Assembly (NCBI RefSeq): GCF_009914755.1
Contig: NC_060933.1
Direction: 5' to 3' (one strand)
Length of the DNA stretch: 64,000 nucleotides
Source: the human T2T-CHM13v2.0 reference genome, Homo sapiens
Of this stretch, positions 42,925 to 60,880 are shown piece by piece. Made by a program: the position numbers and the translations under genes. The notes under the pieces were generated by a model. It saw only the letters and a program-made list of their open reading frames with translations. It was not told the DNA's origin and searched no databases. Position 1 is the first letter of the stretch. Each line of letters opens with the position of its first letter.

Positions 42925-43859
42925 CTAGTAATATTTACTATTTAGCCAGAAGCATTAAAGTCACCAGTTTCTTTAAAGGGATCACATTTTATCAACCCCA
43001 TTAGTAGCCTACTTAATGCAATCTTATTTATTATTTAACTAGAAACATTAAAATCACTGGTTCCTTTAAAAGGATATTATTTTATCAACTACATTGGGAA
43101 TCTACTATGTGCAATCTTAGACTAATTGAATAGAAAAAGGAAAACTAGTACATTATTCCAGGTTCAACTATTGGAACCTGTAGCATTTGATGGGAAAACA
43201 CAAATAATGAAATATTTGTTATTTACCCTATATTTCAGCTCTTTCTTCTTCAGCGGGAAGAAATCTGTATTATGACATTATTATGTAAAATACTTGATGA
43301 TGCCCATGAAGAAACAAGTGTACAAAACTGCATTTACAGTATTTTTATTCATGCCATCCTCTGGCACGAAGACTATCTGCATTTAAAAACATATTAAAGG
43401 TAGTTTCATATAGGGATTTAGAAAGAAAATAAGTTGATGAGGCTTTATCTCAATAAATTTTTTTGGATTGAGCTGAGGGAATGTATAGATGATCTTGTTT
43501 CCTGAAACCATCAGGTTATTTTAGGTCTTGGTTGGCTAAGTTTTCATGGGGGAACATCTTTCCTAGATTGTCAAAAACATCATAATATCATTAAGTACAC
43601 TAGCACAAACAGAGGAGAGTTTTCACAACTGCCTTTGGTTCCCACCTGGAGATTTTCAGCATTGGCTTTGGCATTGCCTGAGAAGATATTTCAAGTGCCA
43701 CCCTTGCTCTAAAGAGCATGCTGAAATGTTTATTTGCAGAGCGACCCTTTCGCTCTGCATGTAATCTAGTATAGGTACAGTATCCTGCTGAGGTAGGTGA
43801 CCTTCCTGTGTCTTGCAGCTTCCTGTAAGAAACAGGGACCACACAGTCCTGATTGCTAT

Positions 43860-43975
43860 GTGTCTCTCCCACCAGACTGCAAGGTCCTAGTTATCACTAC
43901 ATAGCCAGTGCCCTGCAAAGTGTCATGCATGTAATAGATTTGCAATAAATACCTATTAAATGAATAAATGTGTGA
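43860..43975 (+). mobile_element. L2 3' end
   Basis: tgtctctcccaccagactgcaag...caataaatacctattaaatgaataaatg. Confidence 0.6.
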
Positions 43976-44599
43976 ATATTGGACTTTTTCAGGAACAGGT
44001 TTTCTATAACTATCCCTTTCCCTTTCTCCTTCATCTCAGAATGATACCTAAAGAAAGCTAAATCTTTCACACTGAGAAACAGCCTTGAAAAAATAAAAAA
44101 AGGAAAGTTAAATGTAGAGAAATCCTTTATCATCTTTTTCAGTGGGAATTTTCTGGCCAAAAGAAGGTTTCAAACTCAGATTAGTGTTTATATTTCTTGG
44201 AAACTGGAGTTTGACTCTGCACTCACACTCATATTTGGCTTTTGCAAGTGTCTTTCATGTGTTGAATCTTCTGTGTTGCTTAAAAAAACCTCCCTTCTGA
44301 TTCAACATATATTAATATTTATCAGGCATGGGATGTTGAATATTCTAGTCTGAGACATAAAGAGGGTAAGAATTAGACTCTTCTAATTCATATTTTAGAC
44401 CTGATATACAGGAAGTGGTTGAAGTTAAGAAAGCCAAGGTAGAGATACTGTCATGAAAAGTGGGCCTGTGTTTGTCATTCCACCTGCTGTTAATTAAGGC
44501 ACTAGGGAAGGCAGATTCTTTCTCTTGCTGTGAATGCTTTTCTCCGTAGGAAGGGCAGGGTTAGGAATTCCTTGGGTTTTTAAGGTTTACTTCCTTACC

Positions 44600-44660
44600 T
44601 ATTCAACAAATATTTATTAAGCATCTACCATGTGCCAGGTACAGTGCTTAGGACCTTAAA
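44600..44660 (-). mobile_element. L2 3' end fragment
   Basis: attcaacaaatatttattaagcatctaccatgtgccagg. Confidence 0.65.
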
Positions 44661-46139
44661 TAAATACATTAACAAATGTTTTCTCACTGCCAGTGATGGG
44701 CAGACATTGTTAATGTAGTGTCTGGCACATGGGATAAAATGCTATAAATATTAGTTGTGATTATTGTTATTAAAGTGGTCTCACAGTATGGGGGTGCACA
44801 GATCAATAATGTCAACTACATAGTGATTACATATCAGAAAGATTGAATACAGGATAACCAGATTTCAAGACGAAAATGTAGGAAATGTATGCCAACTTAC
44901 TTATTTCAAGGAGAACACTTTCACCAAGATAGCAACCTTCATAGCTTGATCAAAGCAGCAACTTCAGGGGAAACTCAGTAATAGTCAGAGGCTCCTTAGG
45001 GGGCAGTCCACAGCAGGAAGTGTAGTAACGATCTTAATGGACACTATCATCCAGACCTATTCATCTCTTCTCAAGTGGCCAGGGCCCTTCATCTAATCAA
45101 TGAGGGAGATACTGGTATGAGCCCTGGCTTCCTGACTGTCCTTTTCCCTGCTCCATGCTGCCTACTCTTTATGGTAGCCTGTTCTTTATCCAGGTCACTT
45201 AATATGTTAATTACATCCTGTCTTTACTAGTTTCTTTTTCAGAAGGTGCCCTTGCTTTCTTGTTCTGCAAGATCTTTTCTTTTCTTCCTGACTACAAATG
45301 GGAATTCTAAGACCTCATTCAGGTTGGGATACTGGTATTACTACCTGGAATCTTAATTTATGAGTCTTCCATTTTAGTATGAACATTTTGATTCAATTTA
45401 TGGGCTTGCCATTTTAACAAATACTTCAGTTGTGAGATTTTGCCATGAAAATCATACTAGCATGCTAAACTGTTAGTGATATTTTAGGCATGCTAATCTC
45501 AATTTATGAATCGATGTCACAGTAAAGAAGTGAGATACAGTCTTGTCGCCACTCCTTCATGTCTATGGTACTGCCTGTGTAGTGTTTCCCCCAAAATGTG
45601 ACTTTTTGAATTTTCATTGTGAACTTTTAGAATAATGTCATGGTCTGCTTTTTTGGGGGATTTGAAATAAACAGAAAAACCAATTCAACATTAGAGAAAA
45701 AACTTCGTTAATCAAATGACATTTTTTCAGCAGGCTCAGATTAAGCCAAACTCTACAAAATATATACCAATTACAGTGATGTTCTATCAAAAAGCAGAAT
45801 GAATTATAATTATGATAATATTTTTAGCATATTATCAGATACACCACCTGCAGGAATTCCCATGTGTAGTGGTGATATTGTTTAAGAAAATGTGTCCCTT
45901 TAATATGTTTTTATATTATTTTAAGTAAAAATCTATTTAAAAGAAAACATGCATACAATGCAGGGAAACATCCAATTTTCCTGCACATTTCCAGATTATT
46001 AAATTTCATGTCACTCCACCTGTCTTTATTTTCAATATTAAGTGCCCTGATTCAATTTAATTCAATCAAACATTGACTGCACATTTACTATGCTTCAGTT
46101 ATACCTTTCTGCCACTTCTAAGCTCCTATAAAACTTGCT

Positions 46140-46325
46140 GTTTGAACCACTTATATGGCACTGATTGATGTATTACGGTTATTTGTATTTAAGTCTTATC
46201 TACTCAACTACATTTCAAGGTCTTGAAGTTCAGGGAATTATATTTTTCTGTTCCTTTAATAATGTCTAATACCTAAGTACATAATAAGTGGTCAATCTAT
46301 ATTAGCTGATTGGATTAAATGAGTT
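46140..46325 (+). mobile_element. L2 3' end
   Basis: gtcttatctactcaactacatttcaaggtcttgaagttcaggga...acataataagtggtcaat. Confidence 0.5.
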
Positions 46326-47622
46326 AATCTCTGTAGCAGCACTTAGAATAGTTCCAGGGAAATAATAAGCAATATATGTGATGGTGAAATAAAAAAGGAA
46401 AATTAGTAAGTTAAAAAAATCCTAAGGTTGGTATATTTTGGAAAGAGTAGTATAGGACTTAATGTGGTATTGGGCACACAGATGGGGACAATGAATTTTT
46501 GGTAAATTATTCAACTGATGATTCCTATGAATTTATATGATGAGATTTTGCCGAGATTTGACCTGTTTAGAGACAACCAGAAAAGGCTATAGTCATTTGA
46601 TAGAAATATTTGTGCGGAGGGAAAAGTATAGTGGGGATTAATCAGAAGGTGATAGGATAAAGGATAATTTATCCTTGGATGAGCATGTTTTGATAAGAAT
46701 GAGGGATATTGGAATGAACTAGACACAAGAACTGGATTTCCCGCCTGGTTAGGACACATGGGTGAGGAGGTGGGAGGAGAATCAAGTGCTGGGAGGAGGT
46801 CCAGTGCCACCTACTCACATTCAATCTTAGACTCTATCAGGTAAGTGACTCTCAGCTGACGTCTTAGAGATGGGAGTAAGGAATGTTATGCAGAGGCCAA
46901 CTAGAGTCAGATGCCCAAGAAGATCCTGTCACATAGTTTCAGTAGTGAAGGTAGAGTCAAGTCTGGGCTGGCGTCATTCTAACTGGCATCTGCTGGGGAG
47001 GTTGGTCCCTTGTATTCACACCATTATCTTTTTGGAAGAGGTCAATTCTGGTATTTATCATAAATTAATGTGTCCTGAAGCCTGAAGGCATCAACTGATG
47101 AACACTATAGTTCTCCAAATCGAATCAAACCATCATATTCAGAGCATTTGGCCACCAGCAAAATCAGGGGTCTGATACAAAATTTAATATCTAACAAAAT
47201 CCTTTTCCATTTCTTTGACATTAAGAGATGTGGATCTAGTGAAGGCTGATGCAATTCTGTATCAGTTACTCACACAGACACACACACAAACACACACATG
47301 TGTGTGCATACATAAATCTAACAAAGTTAATTTCGGGTTCATTTTCTTCCTGAGCTTTTTTTGGTCAGAGCTTCAGCTGCAGCATGTTTTTCTTTGCAAT
47401 TGAATGCACTGCTTTTTAATTTTTTAAAATCCAAACTAAAATTAAATTTTCCTTTTATAATTTTAACTAGTATGTGCCACATTAGTGTGTGAGAACACAT
47501 TTGCATTAATACTCTACATCACAAAGTCTTCCTGCTTCCACTCTGTCTTCCTGAAATAAGTACGGTCTTCACCAGGTTCTTTGGAAATCCAGATGCTTAC
47601 CTGTTTTAAAAACTCTGTGCTG

Positions 47623-51309
<3,687 letters not shown>

Positions 51310-51347
51310 AAAACTCTGTGCTGGTGTTGAGCCATTTAGCTTTGAAG

Positions 51348-51927
<580 letters not shown>

Positions 51928-53129
51928 TGAGTCTCTGCTCACTATGCTTTAGGTCACTGTATAATTCCTGACTGGTAATTTTTTTTTTTTTTTTTTGCTT
52001 CTTTGCATGAGTATGGGCACAAGCCCTTTCTTGAGTGTCCCAGTGAAATGGCCAAAAGCTGGTCACAACACTGACAAAACTCTAATGAAGATTCAAGGAC
52101 ATTGGAAGGGGCATATAGAACATGTAACCTAAAAGCATTTCTAGATGAGGACCCTCTTAGCTCCATAGGCCTGCATCCATGAGGATGAGTCACAGATGAT
52201 GTCCTCAATGCTGGTGATACTTGGAGGCCAGATTCAATTTTCAGAGAGAGAAAGGAATTTATCTGCTTTTCTAGACTCTGTCTTTTTAGATTCCATTTTT
52301 GGCCCCAGGATCTACTCTTTCTTGGAACAGCTGACAGTGAAAACATCTACTCCTTTCAAAGAAATCCCACAGGCAAGTGATCTTGACCAATGGCTCCCAC
52401 CAGGGTAATTATGCCAAGTTACAATTATCCAGCATCTGCACACTGAGGGGTTTTTAGTTTGAGTAACATGGCATATCAGAGAAAGGTGGCAGTATTCCTG
52501 TCCAGGTTGAGCTGTGCTGAGCCCAGTTTAATTTGCTTTTAAAGCACTTGAAGATCATGCCTACTTATATTTCTGCCATCCTAGGGGTCTCATATCCTTA
52601 TCTACATAATCAGCTCTCAATATACCTCCCCTTTCCCTGTCCCTGAACTTACCCATTTCCATTGGAAAAACAACAGTATTATTTAAATCCATGTATAGAA
52701 AAAAATTACTGTGAAAATAAACAATAAAGTCTTAGAGACATCACTCTGGAAAATATATTTTTACAATAATCTGCATCAACAACATATATAGTTTATCTTT
52801 TCAAACTCAATATCTACATTCACATAATTTCATAATTTCTCACTAAGGATGATGAGTGAGAGCATGTGATTAGACCAAGGGCTGATGTAAGTTTTTTTTT
52901 CCTTAAAAAAGGCAGCATCAGTTGTAATGGTGAATTCATGTCTTCTCCTTTAGGGAGAACAAAATGACCTGCAGCTACTTTCTCAGCTCTCATGATTTTC
53001 TTCCTCTTGTTTGCTTCTTTCTCCTCTCATTCTGTCCGCTTTCCCCCCTGCAAACTTTTTGTCTGTCCATGGGTTCTTTAAGTGGGGGACTAAACTAAGG
53101 GAACAACCTTCCATAGCAGTTCTTTCTCT

Positions 53130-54520
53130 CTCTTTTTAGTCTTTTTATTATGCAATATTTCAAATACACACGATAGTAGCATAGTAAAATATACCCTCAT
53201 GTACCCATTAACCAACTTCAAAAGTTATTAAATTTTGCCAATCTTATTTCATCTATCCCCTCCCCCCATATCTTCATAGTCTGGTGGCATATTTAAAACA
53301 AATCCATGAAATATTTTACTCATAAATGCTTTACGATTGACATTTGAACAATATGGATTTGAACTGCATGGATCCACTTATATATATACTTTTTCGTTAA
53401 AAATTACACTGCGTGTGCCTGCCTGTCCTGCCTTCCTTTCTGTCTCTTCCACTTCTGCCACCCCTGAAGCAGTAAGACCAACCTCTCATCTTCCTCCTCC
53501 TCCCCAACTTACTCAACGTGAATATGATGAGGATGAAGACCTTTATGATAATCCATTTCCACTTAGTGAATAGTAAATATATTTTCTCTTTCTTATGGTT
53601 TTCTTAATAACATTTTCTTTTCTCTAGCTTACTTTATGGTAAGAATACAGTATATAACACATGTAACATACAAAATATGTGCTAATCGACTGTATATGTT
53701 ATTGATGAGGCCTCTGTTCAAAAGTAGGCTATTAGTAGTTAAGTTTTTGGGGAGTTAAAAGTTATATGCAAATTTTCAACTGCATGGAATTTGGTACCCC
53801 TAACCTCTGTGTTGTTCAAGGGTCAATTGTAGTATGTTTATAATAGCTAAGGATTTAAAAACACCACTATAAATTAGCAAAGATTCCACAATACCATCTG
53901 ATTAAATATATTTTTTTTAAGATTCCCACATTTGTCTCAAAATACCTTTTTACAATTGTTTTGTTTGATTTGGTATCCAAATAAGGTTCAGATGTTGAAT
54001 TTGGCTGCTATTTTTCTGAGGTTCTGAAGTCTTTTTTGATCTCTAACAGTACCCCCCACCCCACTTTTGCATGTCATTTATTTCTTAAAGAAACTGGGAC
54101 ATTTTTCCTGTAACAGTTTTCTCATTTTGAAGTTGGCTGATTACATCCTTATAGGGTTATTTAACATCATCCTCAATTTTATGTATTTCTTGTAGACTTA
54201 GTATCTTGATCTAGAGGCTCAACTAGATTTAAATTCAATTACTCCAGCAAGAATAATTCACAGGTGGTAAAGCACAGAATGACTGGTTGTTCCACTTAAA
54301 TGGTATTTTAAGGTTGATTAGTGGGTTCAGGTGGTATTAGCTGACTGTCTTTTGTAAAGTTCACCATCAATTGTCACTTACTGGTCTTAGCTCCCATTGA
54401 GATTCATATCCTTTATTCATTAGGGTTTACAAAATGGGTGATTTTCCAATGCCCTTATTTCTTCTGCATTATTAGTAGAATTTCTTCTATGAAAAAGAAC
54501 ATTCTTTCATCAGCTATTTG
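53130..54520 (-). mobile_element. Ancient L1MC/ME 3' fragment hosting a Tigger element
   Basis: ccctcatgtacccattaaccaacttc..., ttgtctcaaaatacc...tttacaattg. Boundaries approximate. Confidence 0.55.
53334..53829. mobile_element. Tigger2a/MER28-like TcMar DNA transposon
   Basis: TIRs cgattgacatttgaacaa / ttgttcaagggtcaattg; TA duplication at 53332-53333 and 53830-53831; internal gatgaggatgaagacctttatgat. Confidence 0.88.
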
Positions 54521-57049
54521 GTTGATAAAAACATTTAATAATCTAGGTGAAACATATATGTTTGCTCCTGGCATGCTGCTACTCCCAAAATCGGCTCTGA
54601 GGGACCTTCACAGCTCATAAGCCTAGTGGAACACACCGGCTGCTTTATTGCATTTCACCATTGACCACATTCTATTCCCTGGCAGCCTATTTTTTATAAT
54701 CAACTGGTGCTGAAAGGGAAGTATAGGGCCCTGTGACAAAAGAGGCTTTCCCAGCCCAAATTATGGGGTAGAAGGTCTGCATTCTTTAGTTGCCCCCAAA
54801 TTTTTGACATGTGAGTATCACAGTCCCCAGCATTGGGTATGTTTGTGAATTTCAGGGTCTTACTAGATGAGATAGGGATGCCATGAACTTTGCATAGTTG
54901 CTTAATACTGTCAGGAAAGCTCTCCGCCCAGGAACATTGGAGCTGAGGCTGGCAGCCTTCTGCTTAGTGATTTCTCTAAGTGGGAGGATTCCTGTTGCTG
55001 TAGGCTTTTAAAAGTGCCTTGATCTGTAGTTAAAGAGAAAATTCATTGCTCTATTAATGAGTAAATGTGACTCATAAACTCATATTCTGTATTATTGCAA
55101 GTAAAAAAGAGAACAAAATCTGTAGCCAGAAATTCAGCTGCTAATTTCATAAATTCATTGGTTAAAAATATTTCTTGCTCCAGAATGGAGCAATTAACAA
55201 GGTATCTCTTCGAAATTATAACGGATGTTCTTATCCAAATTCCTTTTCCCTAGTACACTGAAAAGCCCCAGCATATTTCATTATGATCCTAGATATGCTA
55301 ACATTAAACTCCTTTCTTGGAATTCTCCCTTTAGATGGTAGTAAGTTGAAAGAATGGTTGAAATACTCGTTCTCCAGAGACAAAATACTCTCTCCTACCA
55401 CTGAGTCATACAGAGCTTGCTATTCAGTCATTTGAGTTCCACTTCTACTTGCTCTAGGACAGCTGTTAAAAGCTGAGCCCTAAGGTTTTAAGTGCCTCTG
55501 CCTATTTCTGTATTTGAATTAAATTGAAAAAAGTTCAAAAAAATTTGATTTCTATGTCTGTTTTTATATTTTTTGTGAATTTCTTTAGTAAAATTTAATA
55601 TGGGGTTGAGAAAGGTTGATGTCTCTGCCATTGCTTGACCAATAATTCTACATGTACATTGAAAGCCTGTGAGCAAGATAAATATATTTTCCAGTTGCTT
55701 TTTCTAGAGTCTCTTCATCTGAGGCAGTAGGAAAAGGCATGAAAAATGACTGTGACAGGAAGTGGCTTTAGCATCCCCAAATGCCAATATTTTGGAACTG
55801 CTTGGAATTTATTGAAACAGAATCATTGGCAAGAAGTGCTCCATGCTGCCAACATATCCAATGGGCCAAGGCCCTATAAATCTATGAAATAAATAGCTGT
55901 CTGGTGGTATTTTTCACCTATTTATTAACTGTTGTATAAGTCTGTTTATTGCCATGGCAATATGAAAGTGGAAAAAAGAAAATTGTTGCCAGGTGGTTAC
56001 AAAGTATAAAACTTCTTTTAGTCCTCCCTACCTTTAACATTTTTCTATTAGGTTGGTTTGTGGCTCTACTGGCAGTAACATGTATTTGAAAAAGGCATTT
56101 TTCCTTAAGAATTCTTGATGGCATCTGCCCCTGAGGACAGCAAGCGCCTACCTTAGAGGAGCTCATGTTGAAAACTGCTGAGACCTGACACCTTACAAAC
56201 CAGAGGGATCTGGAAAGATTATTTAGGGATAAAAGTAATTTTTCTTTGAAAATTATACTTTGATAAAGAAAAGAAAAATGAATTTTCTAGAGCAATGTCT
56301 TAATACCTGATTGGATTTTCCTAAATACATTAGTATTGGGACTATAATATGTAGTAAGACTATTTATGTATCCTTTTCAAAGAACTTTCCCTCTTCCAAA
56401 CTAAGCTTTCCTAATTCCACTATGACAAAGGTAAGCCTTATCTCTGTTTCCCAGACAAAAATGCTGAAGCTGTAAGTGTAGATGACTTAAGCAGATACAG
56501 ATAGAATTACAACCACAATTAGTGTTTACTATATTCTTAAACCTGGGGCCATACTGTTAAGAATTTTTTTTGGTCTCCATTCTTTCCGACCAGTGTACAC
56601 TACTATAAATATTAATTGATTATAATGAATACATTTTGAATGGTTTATACAGGGCTCAAATTTCAGTTCTCTTTGCATATCCAGTCATACTTTAAATTCA
56701 GTTCCCTTTGAATCATGAAAGATTGTATTGACTGCACTTGTAACCTCATGGTGGTTTTTTTTGTTGTTTGTTTTTGTTTTGGTTTAAATAAAAGTTCAAC
56801 AACTCAAATGTTTATAGGACTGAGGCAGTGTAATTGAGTATAATGGATCTTTATGTAACACCACAGGGAGGTAGTGTGGCTTGTGGCTAATTAGAATGTT
56901 CCCTTAGTATTTAAATACAAAAATGTAGGGCAATGTTCAAATAAGACTTTTACTGAATTCAGCCAGTAGGTTCAGATTAGAATCTCCAGAAATATGTGAA
57001 TGCTTAAAAAGTAATTTGCTTAATAAAAATATGACTCAGCAAACACACT

Positions 57050-57200
57050 TTCAGTTAGAAGTTGAATATGTTCTGGAGATCTAATGTACAGCTTGGGTGG
57101 TGATAGATGTGTTAATTTGGTTGTGGTAATCATTACACAATGTATACATCTATAAGAACCATGAATATATTCAATCTTTATTTGCCAATTAAATATTTTT
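57050..57200 (+). mobile_element. Old L1MA/MB 3' tip
   Basis: gttctggagatctaatgtacagc...gtggtaatcattacacaatgtatac. Confidence 0.65.
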
Positions 57201-57201
57201 A

Positions 57202-57519
<318 letters not shown>

Positions 57520-57930
57520 AAATACTAGGGATAACACTTCATGGGATGAACATGAGAATTACATTAAAGAAAACGTAGCATCATGAAGCATTTAGCACAG
57601 TGCCTGGCACACATAATAGTTGGTTAGTAAATGATAGCTATTATTATTATAAACATTCTTAAAATATATTTTCCTAAATCTAATCTTTCTTAGTAGAAAA
57701 TTTTATTGTCTTTTTTTTATACTTTGCAAATTGTGGAGGTAATTTTGTAAGTTTGTGGCATGTCTCTTGGTAAACATATTTTCAAATCAAAAACAGGACA
57801 AGTGTGTATATTAGTTTCTTAAATCTTGAAAATTATATCAAATGAAATCATTGAAATATTTGAAAATATATCATTTTCTTAAATATTAAAGGAACATGGT
57901 TGATTATGCATTTAAAACTCACACATTTCA

Positions 57931-60168
57931 TTGAATAAGATAAAATAAATGGAAAAATATCCTGTATTCATGGATTGGAAGAATATTGCTAAAATGTTCA
58001 CACTACCCAAAGTAATACAGAGTCAATGCAATTCCTGTCAAAATTCCAATGGAATTCTTCACAGAAATAGAAAAAACAATTTTAAAATGTGTATGGAACC
58101 ACAAGAGCCCTGATTAGCCAAAGCAATATTGAGATAGAAGAGCAAAGTTTGAGGCATCATACCTCCTGATTTAAAATTATATTACAAAACTATAGTAATC
58201 AAAACAGTATGGTACTGGCATAAAAAAGACCAGTGAAATAGAATAGAGACCCCAGAAATAAATCCAAATATATATGGTCAACTAATTTTCGACAAGAGCA
58301 CCAAAAGGACACAATGGGGAAACGATAGTCTCTTCAATAAATGGTGCTAGTAAAACTGGATTTCCACATGTAAAAGAATGAATTTGGACCCTTATTTTAC
58401 ACCATACATAAAAATCAACTCAAAATTGATAAAAAACATAAATGTAAGCCCTGAAACCATAAAATCCTAGAAGAGAATATAAAGGGAAAGCTCTTTGACA
58501 TTGACCTTGGCTTAATGCCACCAAAAGCTCAGGCTACAAAAGCAATAAATAAATAAATGACACTACATCAAACTAAAAAGCATCTGCACAGCAAAGGAAA
58601 CAATCAAGAAAATGAAAAGGTAATCTATGGATTGGGAAAAGTTATTTGCAAAATACAGATCTGATAAGGGCTGAATAGCCAAAATTTATAAAGAACTCTT
58701 ACAACTCAATAGAAGAAAAACAAATAACTGAATTTAAAAAAATGGCTAAAGGACCTGAAAAAACTTTTCACCAAAAAAGACATAAAAATGGCCAACAGGT
58801 ATATAAAAAGGTACCCAACATCAGTAACCATCAGGGGGAAATGCAAGTTAAAACCACTATAAGATATCACTTCACATCCATTAGAATGGCTATCATAAAA
58901 AAGTCAAGAAGTAATAAATGTCAGCCAGGGTGTGGAGAAAAAGGAGCCCTAGTACACTGTTGGTGGGAAGGTAGCTTGGTGCAGCCCTTATGGAAAACAG
59001 TATGGAAGTTCCTAAAGAAATTAAAAACAGAGCTACCATATGACCCAGCAACCCCTATTCTGAGTATATATCCAAAGGAGAGGAAATCACCACCTTGTAA
59101 AGATATCTGCACCCCCACGTTTATTGTAGTATTATTCACAATAGCCAAGGTATGGAAATAACCTGTGTTTGTAGATGGATGAATAGATAAAGAATATGTA
59201 GTATATATATATATACACATACACACACACACAATAAAATATTTTATATTCAGCTTTAAATAAGAAGGAGATTTTGCCATTTGCCACGACATGGATAGAT
59301 CTGGAGGACATTATGCTAAGTGAAACAAGCCAGGCACAGAAAGAAAAAGATTGCAAGGTTTTACTTTTATGTGGACTCTTAAAAACGAAAAGATCAAACA
59401 TACAGAGACAGAGAATCAAACAGTGGTTATCAGGGGTGTGGGTGAGGGTAGGTGGGTGGGAGAAAATGGGGAGATGTAGGTCAAAGGATAGAAAGAAGAA
59501 GATATGTAGGATCAACAAGTCTAGAGATCTAATGTACAGCATGAGGACAATAGTTAATAAAATTATATTGTATTAAGGATTATTGTTGAATAAGTAGATT
59601 TTAGATGATCTTATCACAAATAAGTAACTGTGAGATAAGAGACATGTTAATCTGTTTCACTACAGCAACCATTTTACTATCTATATATATATACCCTATA
59701 ACATCATGTTGTGAAACTCAAGTATACATGATAAAATTTACATATATTTAAAAACCACAACACTTTGGATTAAGAAAATGTGACACATATACACCATGGA
59801 ATACTATGCAGCCATAAAAAGGATGAGTTCATGTCCTTTGTAGGGACATGGATGAAGCTGGAAACCATCATTCTCAGCAAACTATCGCAAGGACAAAAAA
59901 CCAAACACTGCATGTTTTCACTGATAGGTGGGAATTGAACAATGAGAACACTTGGACACAGGGAGGGGAACATCACACTCCGGGGCCTGTTGTGGGGTGG
60001 GGGGAGGGGGGAGGGATAGCATTAGGAGATATACCTAATGCTAAATGACGAGTTAATGGGTGCAGCACACCAACATGGCATATGTATACATATGTAACAA
60101 ACCTGCACTTTGTGCACATGTACCCTAAAACTTAAAGTATAATTTAAAAAAAAATCCACAACACAAGG
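57931..60168 (+). mobile_element. 5'-truncated L1MA7/8-like element (body 57931-59749) with a younger L1 in its tail
   Basis: ORF2 C-terminal fragments and an L1MA-type 3'UTR; TSD tcacacatttca 57919-57930 / 60169-60180. Confidence 0.85.
59764..60150 (+). mobile_element. L1PA4-like 3' fragment
   Basis: L1PA 3'UTR ending taccctaaaacttaaagtataat; TSD aaaaaccacaacac 59750-59763 / aaaatccacaacac 60151-60164. Confidence 0.92.
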
Positions 60169-60589
60169 TCACACATTTCAGAGGAATATCTATTACATGC
60201 TCAGTATTGGTTGTGATAAAGCCAAGCTATGACTCAGCCTTTAAAATTAATTTAAAATAATTTTAATTCTCCATTTTCCACCTTCCAAAAATTTGTTGAC
60301 ACCTTGAATCTACCTGTGTTGTCTCTTTTCCTGTTATCTTTATTAGTATGGTTTTCTCTATTGCTCTTTCAGTCCTTATGGAATTTTACCTTTTAATTTT
60401 CTCTATTCTCATTAGCAGAGTTTCAGGACTAAGCCAGAGATAAGTACATGTGCTCAATACACAGTGACTAACAAGATGTCCTTCATGGAAAGTCTTTTGT
60501 GTCTAGGAACAACTCATACACATGATGATGGATACTCATGAAAAGTGTTAGAACTCAAGTAAAAGATATTCAGACTGAGGCTCAACCCA

Positions 60590-60880
60590 GAAGTAAGACT
60601 GGGAGTCTGCAGGTCCAAAACAGCCTCGAGATGTACTTTGTTTGGATATACAAAGTCTTTATTTAATATGCACTGCTTTAAAAATGGGGGAGATTTCAAA
60701 CTATAGCCAAGAATTCAGACATCTTTAAAACAAATCAGAAAATCTTGTCTCAGGTTATTGCATGGTAACAATTGGCTAGATATAAGGGGTGACTTTTGCT
60801 ACCTGGTGCATTTGCTACCTGGCTTGCCAATTGCCCTCAAGTCTGCTCCACTTAAAGCTCTGAGGCTTTTGATTTTACCC
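60590..60880. mobile_element. Possible MER102-like hAT relic
   Basis: tttgtttgg...aaaatgggggagatttca...catggtaacaattggctag resembles MER102 from memory. Confidence 0.4.

Noticed and set aside
55858-55880. CCAAT plus TATAAA promoter
   Set aside because: The spacing (~12 bp) is too short for a canonical arrangement, and no downstream gene structure is visible.
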